Virus record (IMG/VR): IMGVR_UViG_3300027917_000037 | Strand: one strand, 5' to 3' | Length of the DNA: 64,000 bases | Source: an uncultured virus (IMG/VR IMGVR_UViG_3300027917_000037) | Taxonomy: Duplodnaviria > Heunggongvirae > Uroviricota > Caudoviricetes | Shown here: piece by piece, positions 53,509 to 61,434 of the stretch | How the letters are laid out: every line of letters starts with the position of its first letter | Numbering within the stretch: position 1 is the first letter of the stretch | Notes under the pieces: generated by a model | What the model saw: the letters and a program-made list of their open reading frames with translations, nothing else | Databases searched by the model: none | Told to the model about the DNA's origin: nothing | Translations under genes and position numbers: made by a program

Positions 53509-56055
53509 ATGGCTAATATCCCTGGTATTTTAGGTTATATTCAACCGCAAACCATCGCAAGAGTAAGAACTCTTTCGAGGGCTGTCTCTATTCCTGGCGG
53601 TCTTAGAGTGCTAAGTGTTATTGGTGAGGGCTTAAGAGAAGAAGTTCTCATCGATTCTGCTGCTGGAGATGGGACTGATGGATGGGATCCTACATTTACA
53701 GTAGCATCTGATGGATATGGTAGGTTCTTTAGGACCGCTAACTATCCTTTGGTTGAAAACCGTTCGGAGCTATATTTGAATGGCTCAACATTAAGAGTTT
53801 TAGAAGACACTATTGATGGAAACTCTTTTTCGTCATCTTATGATGCAAGAATTGACCCAACTACTGGAAAAATTGAATTGCAATCAGCCAGTTTTGTCGA
53901 TCAGGGTGGAGAATATTATCGTGCCAGTAGCAGCAATACTGGGGATGGTTACCTATCCGCCCTTACACTTGCAGATACAAATGCTCCAGCGGAAACCTGG
54001 ACCATTCGTTGTACCAGCGTTTTAAGAGATAGTTATAGTGCTCCTATAAGAGGTGAGGCAACATTTATTGCCAGCGGCTCTGTTAGCGGTCAACTTTCTG
54101 ATGAATATGGCCAACCATACACATGGAAAAGTGATGGGAATGCGGTAAGTAATGGGATTATCTCCTTTGCTATCTATAATCTGTCTCCTAACCAGCCATT
54201 TACTGTTGGTGATAGGTTTACTGTGGAAGTTAGTAGCCGCGTCCTCCAATCACGAGACCAACTAGAAGCACGCTATGTTGCCACGCTCGATCTGAATGAT
54301 GCACAAACCTTTACTGATCCAAGTAAACTATTTGATAAGCATGGTACCGCTAGCACAACCAACACTTTATCTTTGGGAGCACAGATGGCTTTTGAGAACG
54401 GCGCAACTAGCGTTCTTGCCATTCAGGCCAAGCCACCGCTACCACGAAGAACTTCTGAAGTTGTTCTAGCAGTTTATGATTCTATTACGGGAACTGGAGG
54501 TGCATCAGGTAACTCTGATCCAGATGATCTCATTTTCTATGTTGATGCTCCTGGAAAACCCGATACAGATACAGAAGTGTATTTCTTCTTACAAAATACA
54601 GATGGAACGGAAACTCAAATTTTTCCAAATAAGGTGAGTTTCTATGATCCAACTATTACTGCTTCTTTCTCACAATATGAGACTACAGGCAGTTCAACAA
54701 ACCTTTTGGCTGATTTCATGGACCCAAATCAAACTGGTCAACCGTTTAGTTATACGGTAGTGAGTGACGATCAAATCGAGGCGGGCGCATCTGATGGTCA
54801 AATCACTCCAATTGGTGTTGGCAGTACTGCTTGGTTCTACAGCGCATCTGCACAATTTACTGCCGCTGATGCATATGCAAGCCCGGCTAAGGAACTTGAC
54901 TTCCATAACACCGCAACCGCCAATTTGGGTCGCTATGAGATTATTGCAATTCAAGATGAAAATACTGTCAAGATTCAAAGGGCATCTGGATCTTTTGTAA
55001 CAGAAACTAGTGTTTCTTGGCAAATGCTTACCAGTGGAAATCAATCCCAGAGAATCCTGTTCACTACAGACCTTGCTCTTGCTCAAGGCAAGGGGCTTCG
55101 TATATCCTATATAGACTACTACGATGCTGATTTCTTCGATGCAAACTGGGCAGAAGTTCTTGATGTTCTAGAAACTCAAGATGCACAAATTCTTGTGCCC
55201 CTTCCAACACAAACTTTCTCTGCTATTCAGCAAGCGTTTAGAGTACACTGCGAGCGTATGTCTTCTCCATATTACAAGCGTGAGCGCATGCTTCTAACTG
55301 GTGCTCTACAAGGTCTTGACCCAGAACATGTTACTGGTGAATCGATGGCTGCTGTCGAAGATATTGGTATTTTGGAAGGAATTCAAGGCGATGACCCGGA
55401 AGAGGTTTTGGCTGGAAATATTGAAGATTTGGCTAACTATGATGTTAGTGTAAACTTCGGTGACACTTATCGAGTTGTGTATTTCTATCCAGATGAAATT
55501 GTCCGAGTAATTAGTGGCTCAAGAACAACTTTACCTGGTTATTATATGGCCGCTGCAGCTGGTGGTTATCTGGCTGGTGAGCCAAACATTGCACAGCCTC
55601 TTACATTTAAAACATTGGTTGGTTTCACTATTCTTAATGATAAGATTTTTAAGGAGACCGTGCTTAATTCGCTTGGTGATAAGGGCATTACCGTTGTGCA
55701 ACCAGTTACTGGCGGCGGGAGAGTTCTTCATGGTAAAACAACCACACAGAGTGGATATCCAGAAGAAGAGGAAGTGTCCATTATCTTTATTCGTGATCAG
55801 GTTGCAAGAACCATGCGCCGTAGTTTCCAAGCATTTATTGGACAACCAGAAGATCCTACATTGGGGCCCTCTCTTACAGCCAGGGCTATTTCGTTACTAA
55901 ATGCGTTTGTTTCTCAGAATCTTATTACCGCATATCGTAATTTGTCAGTAAACCGTGATGAAACAGAACCAAGACAATGGAATGTGGTTGTTGAAGTACA
56001 GCCCAACTATCCCGTAAATTGGATCTTTATAGATGTTAGTGTTGGTTTGTTTTAA
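53509..56055 (+). CDS. Contractile tail sheath protein
   Basis: HCERMS....RER; MAAAAGG...QPLTFK...GITVV...RVLHGKTT...EVSIIFIRD...FIG...PNYPVNWIFI sheath C-terminal pattern. Confidence 0.9.
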   Translation: MANIPGILGYIQPQTIARVRTLSRAVSIPGGLRVLSVIGEGLREEVLIDSAAGDGTDGWDPTFTVASDGYGRFFRTANYPLVENRSELYLNGSTLRVLEDTIDGNSFSSSYDARIDPTTGKIELQSASFVDQGGEYYRASSSNTGDGYLSALTLADTNAPAETWTIRCTSVLRDSYSAPIRGEATFIASGSVSGQLSDEYGQPYTWKSDGNAVSNGIISFAIYNLSPNQPFTVGDRFTVEVSSRVLQSRDQLEARYVATLDLNDAQTFTDPSKLFDKHGTASTTNTLSLGAQMAFENGATSVLAIQAKPPLPRRTSEVVLAVYDSITGTGGASGNSDPDDLIFYVDAPGKPDTDTEVYFFLQNTDGTETQIFPNKVSFYDPTITASFSQYETTGSSTNLLADFMDPNQTGQPFSYTVVSDDQIEAGASDGQITPIGVGSTAWFYSASAQFTAADAYASPAKELDFHNTATANLGRYEIIAIQDENTVKIQRASGSFVTETSVSWQMLTSGNQSQRILFTTDLALAQGKGLRISYIDYYDADFFDANWAEVLDVLETQDAQILVPLPTQTFSAIQQAFRVHCERMSSPYYKRERMLLTGALQGLDPEHVTGESMAAVEDIGILEGIQGDDPEEVLAGNIEDLANYDVSVNFGDTYRVVYFYPDEIVRVISGSRTTLPGYYMAAAAGGYLAGEPNIAQPLTFKTLVGFTILNDKIFKETVLNSLGDKGITVVQPVTGGGRVLHGKTTTQSGYPEEEEVSIIFIRDQVARTMRRSFQAFIGQPEDPTLGPSLTARAISLLNAFVSQNLITAYRNLSVNRDETEPRQWNVVVEVQPNYPVNWIFIDVSVGLF

Positions 56056-56076
56056 GTAGTGAGGTTATAAATTTAT

Positions 56077-56667
56077 ATGCCCTACCCAACTTCTGGCAGT
56101 CTAATAAGTCCCAAAATCCACAGCGGTCTATCAACCCAGGTTGTTATAAAGGTTGGTAGAACCACTGTTGGAGCGATTCAGCGATTACAAATACAACAAA
56201 ATCGCGAGATGAGCGTATGGGAAGAGATTGGAACAGATGGGGTAGTTGAAATTCATCCTAAAGGTGCTGCCAAAATATCGTTAAATGTTTCAAGAATTGT
56301 TTTTGATGAGTTGCGCATTACAGAGGCTTTTGCTCGTGGGTTTGTTAATTTGCAAGCCCAACGCATCCCTTTTGATATTCAGATAATAGATAGATCTTCT
56401 AGTATGACTGAAACGGATGCAATAATTCACACACTGCATAATTGTTGGTTTAAGAGTTATGCTCCATCATATCAAGCCGACAATTATATAATATCAGAAG
56501 AGGCAACATTGGTGTGTGAATACATAACGTCTTCAAGACAAGGACAGAGTGTTTCTGTTGGCGGGGCTCGCGGGGTTACTTACGAATATGATACAGTTGA
56601 AAGATCAACTGATATTAACGGAAGACGTGGCAGATTGGATTCTGCTGGACTATCGACAAGAACTTAG
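56077..56667 (+). CDS. Tail tube protein paralog 1
   Basis: Follows the sheath gene; VGAIQRL...EIG...NCWF..Y. Confidence 0.75.
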   Translation: MPYPTSGSLISPKIHSGLSTQVVIKVGRTTVGAIQRLQIQQNREMSVWEEIGTDGVVEIHPKGAAKISLNVSRIVFDELRITEAFARGFVNLQAQRIPFDIQIIDRSSSMTETDAIIHTLHNCWFKSYAPSYQADNYIISEEATLVCEYITSSRQGQSVSVGGARGVTYEYDTVERSTDINGRRGRLDSAGLSTRT

Positions 56668-56694
56668 ATGAATGTTTATGGAGGATAATATATA

Positions 56695-57324
56695 ATGTCA
56701 CCTACCTATCCAACTACAGGATCGACACTGAATAGCAAAATTCACACCGGTCTGTCTACACAAATCATCGTGAAGGTCGGCACGGAAACTGTTGGAGCGA
56801 TTCAGCGTCTACAGGTCACACAAAGCAGGACTCTCGAAAGAATCAGAGAAGTTGGGTTAGATGGCGTCTTGGAGATTGTTCCAAGGCAAGCAACCGAATA
56901 TGAAGCTACAATTTCACGAATTGTGTTTGATAGGTTGCGACTTCCTGAGGCTTTTGCCAGAGGGTTTATTAATATTAAAGCACAATTAATACCATTTGAT
57001 ATTTTGGTAATTGACCGTACTAATGGTGATGGAGAAGGGGCGGTTTCGCATAAACTGACTAATTGTTGGTTTAATAGATATTCTCCTACCTACCAGGCTG
57101 ACAATTTCATTATTACAGAAGAAGCAACGGTTTGGGTTGAAGATATTAGCACAACTCTTGGAACCAGTGAGGCTAATGCGGCACAGGGTGGTGCTCGTGG
57201 TGTAAATTATCAAGTTAATGAGAGAGAGCGTCAAACTGATCGTGGTGCTGGTGGTAGCTCTGGAGGTGGTTTCAGAGGAACCATGGATGTTCCTGATCTT
57301 ATTAACGCTGCTTTTGAAGAGTAA
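56695..57324 (+). CDS. Tail tube protein paralog 2 (probably the major tube)
   Basis: Closely similar to 56077; GGAGG RBS; followed by a hairpin. Confidence 0.78.
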   Translation: MSPTYPTTGSTLNSKIHTGLSTQIIVKVGTETVGAIQRLQVTQSRTLERIREVGLDGVLEIVPRQATEYEATISRIVFDRLRLPEAFARGFINIKAQLIPFDILVIDRTNGDGEGAVSHKLTNCWFNRYSPTYQADNFIITEEATVWVEDISTTLGTSEANAAQGGARGVNYQVNERERQTDRGAGGSSGGGFRGTMDVPDLINAAFEE

Positions 57325-57336
57325 TAAGTTTTTCGA

Positions 57337-57378
57337 CGGGGGCGTATCAGCGCCCCCGCCTTCTTTCCCTCCTTTTTT
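57337..57378 (+). terminator. Hairpin/probable terminator after the tube genes
   Basis: CGGGGGCG-tatcag-CGCCCCCG followed by a pyrimidine tract. Confidence 0.6.
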
Positions 57379-57438
57379 AAAATGATGAAAGTTCTTTTTT
57401 TAACACTCCATGTTAAACCAAATAAGTAGAGGTGTATA

Positions 57439-57894
57439 ATGCCAGAATTGAAGCATAGTGTCTTTGGTACTGTAGGTTCATCTGAGCCTAAAGTGTCTGA
57501 GCAGAAAGAGCCAACTCGTATGTCTGTTGATGATCTCCAGTCTTTAATTGAATTAGGTTGCGTTCGCGACCAGGTTGAAATTAATGGAAGAACTTTTTCC
57601 ATGAGAACTCTGAATGCAATGGAACGATTAGAACTTGCAAAGTTTTTGGGTGATGAACCGACCGCAGAAAGATTGTTTGATTTTAATACCAAACTGCTTG
57701 CAGTATCCATTGAAACCGTAGATGGCCTTCCATTTGAAGATTTCCATTCTAATCCTAAATTAGATCCTATTCAACGCAAACAGGAATTGTTGGCTGTAAT
57801 GCAATCTCCGGTTCTTGGAAAACTGTTGGAGTTTTATAATGAAATTACAGAAAGATGTGATGCACAGTTTGATCTAGAAGAAATAAAAAACTAG
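57439..57894 (+). CDS. Tail assembly chaperone (G-like)
   Basis: Lies between the tube and tape-measure genes; FSMRTL..ME pattern; ends at slippery A-AAA-AAC. Confidence 0.8.
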   Translation: MPELKHSVFGTVGSSEPKVSEQKEPTRMSVDDLQSLIELGCVRDQVEINGRTFSMRTLNAMERLELAKFLGDEPTAERLFDFNTKLLAVSIETVDGLPFEDFHSNPKLDPIQRKQELLAVMQSPVLGKLLEFYNEITERCDAQFDLEEIKN

Positions 57895-57949
57895 CAGAGG
57901 GGTCATGGCACCGACTCCGATGGAAACTTTGTAAAGCATTGAGGGTGCC
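57885..57949 (+). promoter_or_regulatory. -1 programmed frameshift signal: slippery heptamer plus pseudoknot
   Basis: AAAAAAC at 57885-57891; stem 1 GGGGTC/GACTCC; stem 2 GGCACC/GGTGCC. Confidence 0.75.
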
Positions 57950-58310
57950 CGTTGATCATAAAGTTTTTCAACAATCTAATGATGCTCAAATGCTTTGGTA
58001 TCAAATTCAAGTTGCTTTAGACGATAAAGATCAATTTGAAATATTAAGAGATGTAGCAGAACATAATGCTATGTTTATGAATCCTGAGGGAGTACAGCAA
58101 GTGAGAGATGCAAGGGAAAATACCTATGAAACTCCTGAAGATGAATTTAATGATATGCTTAAAGATACATTTGGTCGAGATATACCAGAGGTGCCAGAAA
58201 ACGAAAGAGTTTCATTTAAAGATATCTTAGAACAGCAGAGAAAAGACAAAAGAGTTGATCCATATTTGGAGATGGAATTAGACGAAGTTAGTTTTATACC
58301 ACTAAAGTGA
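57888..58310 (+). CDS. Tail assembly chaperone -1 frameshift extension (T-like)
   Basis: The -1 frame is open from the slippery site (KLAEGSWHRLRWKLCKALRVPVDH...) and is continuous with track ORF 57939-58310. Confidence 0.8.
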   Translation, partial: KLAEGSWHRLRWKLCKALRVPVDHKVFQQSNDAQMLWYQIQVALDDKDQFEILRDVAEHNAMFMNPEGVQQVRDARENTYETPEDEFNDMLKDTFGRDIPEVPENERVSFKDILEQQRKDKRVDPYLEMELDEVSFIPLK

Positions 58311-58320
58311 GGCTTTATAA

Positions 58321-60600
58321 ATGGCTGACGATCCAACCACTAGTACCATAACTCAGGAAGAATTAGATAGGCTTAAAGAATTAGAACAAACAAAGGCACG
58401 ATTGGTGGCTCAAGAAGCAAAATTACGGGCTGAAGGAACACTAACAAAAGAGCAAATGTTGGAGTTCAGTAAGGCAATTGCTGCGGTTGATCTACAAATT
58501 GGAAGTTTGAAAGATAAATTAAGTGTTAGTGAGCGTATGAGCAGGGAGTTGGGTAGTGCTGTAGAGTCTGTTAAAAAACAGTTTGGTGCTTTGGGTGGAC
58601 CTCTTGGTGCAATTGTCCAACAAATTGGTGGGGGGCTGGTTGATGCACTTAGCAAATATGGACATGCTGCAGCAACTATAGGATCATCCCAATATAGAGA
58701 TTTTGTTAATCCTTTGCAAAGTGGTTCGTTGGCTGTTTTAAGTTTAATTCCAGGAGTTAAGTCTTTAGATGAAGCAATTTCTAATTTAAGAAAAACACAA
58801 ACATCTGCTCGTATTGCTGCTACACTTTTTGGTGTCGAAATTAAAGAGGCCGATCGAGCAGCAAGTGAATATCCTCAAGCGTTACGCAGATCTGCTGCGG
58901 CTACAGGTATAACCACTGAAAAACTTAATGAAATGACACAGGCTATGCGTATTGTTCCAGGAGCACTGCGTTTGGCACAAGGTGGGTTTGCTGGCATTAC
59001 TGCTATTCAAAAAGAGGCTATTCAGCCGATGGCAGTATTAGCAACCGTTAGTTCGGCTTTTGGCATGACCTCTACAGAAGCAGCAAATATGGGTGCTGAA
59101 GCCTGGAAAAATTTTGGGCAATCGGCAGAAGATACTGTGCGCCAAATGGGTATTATGGCAGATGCTTCGCGTCAAACAGGAGTTGATAGGCGTACGGCAC
59201 GAGAACAAATTCAAAGCGCTAGTTCCAGTTTGGCCATTTTTGGTCAACGCACAGGGGCTGCGGCCGGTACATGGACGACTTTTATGTCAAGTCTTAGAGG
59301 GGCTGGAGTTCCCATCAGCGAAGTAGGAAAAATTGTTGAGAGTGTAACGCAAAGTATTGCTGGTATGAGCGTTCAGCATCGCGCTTTTATTGGTATGATG
59401 AGTGGTATGACGCAAGGTCGTACGGCTTTAGGTGGCGCGTTACAACTTGAACTAGCAATGAGATCTCCTGAAGGTATGCAACGCAATCTTCAATCTCTAA
59501 CATCCACCTTAGCACAGTTTGCTGGCGGTAAAGTTATAACCCTAGAAGAAGCGGCACGCAATCCGCAATTAGAAATGCAATTTCAATTACAGCGACAAAT
59601 GCTTGGCAAATTGACTGGCATTACTAGTTCCGAACAGCAAAATAGAGTATTAGAGACTCTACAGAATGTCCAACGGGGCGGCATGTCTCAAGTCGAAGGA
59701 AGTCGCGAGTTAGAAAAAGCATATAAAGAAGGTAAAACCATTCAAGAGCGTAACCTTTCAGCACTACAAAGAATTGAACAAGTTTTAAGAGCAGGGTTTG
59801 GTCAAGAGGCTGATGTTCAACTAGAAGATGTGGATGAGGCTTTTAGAAGTTTACGTGGTGTAGGACAGGATGTTGGTGGTGGCCTACGAACGGCAGTAAG
59901 GCAAATTGCTCAGGCTCCAATAAGAGGTCGAATGGCTGGCACTACTGCAGCAGAAAGCGCTTTTGAGGCGCTTGGTAGGCAGGCCAGATGGGGTCCAAGA
60001 GGAGCGGCTGAGGGAGCGGCTCGCCGACAGGGAGAGCCAATGCAATATGTTAGCAGATTAATCAACAGATTGACCGGCGGTTTGTTCGAAAGATATGGAC
60101 GAGCCCCGACAGTTCGTGCGAGACAGCCAAGGAGACCGGCTGGAGAGCCTATTCCAGCCAGAGTTCCTATGATTTTGCGTGCCCCTACAACACAGCGTCG
60201 AGGTGTTGTTCCAAATATTAGAACCCCTGCAAGAAGAGCGAGAGGGGTTGATCAAAGGATTGCACCTACGGCAAGAGGTACAAACCGTGCACTATCTGCT
60301 TTGACAACTGGAATGGCAAGAAGAGATGGCCGTAAGGTGCAACTTATGACAGAACTTCTCGGGGTTGTTAAGCGCTTGACACCTGCCGAAAGAACAGCAG
60401 TACCTGAAGCACTATTAACTCGTGCTCCTGGAGCCACACCGCCTGGTGTACCGACTCCCGTAGTAACTACGGAAAGAGCAGGAACAACCTCTACCATTAC
60501 AGTTAAAATAACTGATGAGGGAAGAACAGATGCGAGCAAAAAGATACATGATGATGTTTTGACAGCCGTTTATAAAAGCGTATTGGGTGTCAACTATTAG
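58321..60600 (+). CDS. Tape measure protein
   Basis: Ala/Gly/Gln-rich helical protein directly after the chaperones; Arg/Pro-rich C-terminus. Confidence 0.8.
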   Translation: MADDPTTSTITQEELDRLKELEQTKARLVAQEAKLRAEGTLTKEQMLEFSKAIAAVDLQIGSLKDKLSVSERMSRELGSAVESVKKQFGALGGPLGAIVQQIGGGLVDALSKYGHAAATIGSSQYRDFVNPLQSGSLAVLSLIPGVKSLDEAISNLRKTQTSARIAATLFGVEIKEADRAASEYPQALRRSAAATGITTEKLNEMTQAMRIVPGALRLAQGGFAGITAIQKEAIQPMAVLATVSSAFGMTSTEAANMGAEAWKNFGQSAEDTVRQMGIMADASRQTGVDRRTAREQIQSASSSLAIFGQRTGAAAGTWTTFMSSLRGAGVPISEVGKIVESVTQSIAGMSVQHRAFIGMMSGMTQGRTALGGALQLELAMRSPEGMQRNLQSLTSTLAQFAGGKVITLEEAARNPQLEMQFQLQRQMLGKLTGITSSEQQNRVLETLQNVQRGGMSQVEGSRELEKAYKEGKTIQERNLSALQRIEQVLRAGFGQEADVQLEDVDEAFRSLRGVGQDVGGGLRTAVRQIAQAPIRGRMAGTTAAESAFEALGRQARWGPRGAAEGAARRQGEPMQYVSRLINRLTGGLFERYGRAPTVRARQPRRPAGEPIPARVPMILRAPTTQRRGVVPNIRTPARRARGVDQRIAPTARGTNRALSALTTGMARRDGRKVQLMTELLGVVKRLTPAERTAVPEALLTRAPGATPPGVPTPVVTTERAGTTSTITVKITDEGRTDASKKIHDDVLTAVYKSVLGVNY

Positions 60601-60609
60601 GAGATTTAA

Positions 60610-61434
60610 ATGGCTTTTGATAATAGGGTTCTGCCAAATTTAAGTTCTAGTGCCAATACCTCTTTAACAAACAAGGTAGAAAGTAGAGAGGGTAATCTAA
60701 CCCTTCCTGATATTGTTGCTGAAAATCCGCAAACACCCCATGGAAGACGGAATAGGCAGTTGCTTCGCTGGAGAGTGCCTGGATTGGGATTTGTGGATAT
60801 GTATATTAACCCACAACAACTGCAAATTCAGGAAAAGAAAATCATCCAAAAACAGCGTACAAAGGGTGGATATATAATACAATATTGGGGAGAAGAATTA
60901 ACAACTGTCAGAATAGACGGCAATACTGGTGCTGCAGGAATTGAAGGTATTAATATCCTATACAAGGTATACAGAGCAGAACAAAATGCTTTTCAAGAAG
61001 TCGAGCAAACTCTCGCTGATAGACTTAATTCGCTAACACGTACTTCAACACTTGGTAGTTTTGCAAATAAGGCATCTCAACAGGGTTTAGGCGCTGCCGC
61101 AGGTAGTCTTGTCAGCGATATGCTAGGAGGAGCCAAAAATCCCCCACTTCTTCCAACTTTAGGATCTCTTGCAGTTGCAGTGGAATTGTATTATCAAGGT
61201 TGGGTTTTTAAAGGTTTTTTTGAAGATTTTAGTGTTACTGAATCCGTTTCTAATGGTGTAGGTCTTTTTACTTATAATATGACATTTACTGTCACAGAGC
61301 GTCGTGGTGTTCGCACAAACTTCATGCCATGGCATAGGCAACCTGCAACACTCGACAGATCTTCTGGCAACCCTAATGGATTTAATAAGGCGGATGCCAG
61401 ATCGACACCCTTAAGTTTTGGTGGAGAGGAATAA
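60610..61434 (+). CDS. Putative baseplate/tail-tube initiator protein
   Basis: MYINPQQL....K......TKGG....YWGEEL...; Y.G..FKGFFEDFSVTES.....F.Y.M.F.V; follows the tape-measure gene. Confidence 0.65.
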   Translation: MAFDNRVLPNLSSSANTSLTNKVESREGNLTLPDIVAENPQTPHGRRNRQLLRWRVPGLGFVDMYINPQQLQIQEKKIIQKQRTKGGYIIQYWGEELTTVRIDGNTGAAGIEGINILYKVYRAEQNAFQEVEQTLADRLNSLTRTSTLGSFANKASQQGLGAAAGSLVSDMLGGAKNPPLLPTLGSLAVAVELYYQGWVFKGFFEDFSVTESVSNGVGLFTYNMTFTVTERRGVRTNFMPWHRQPATLDRSSGNPNGFNKADARSTPLSFGGEE

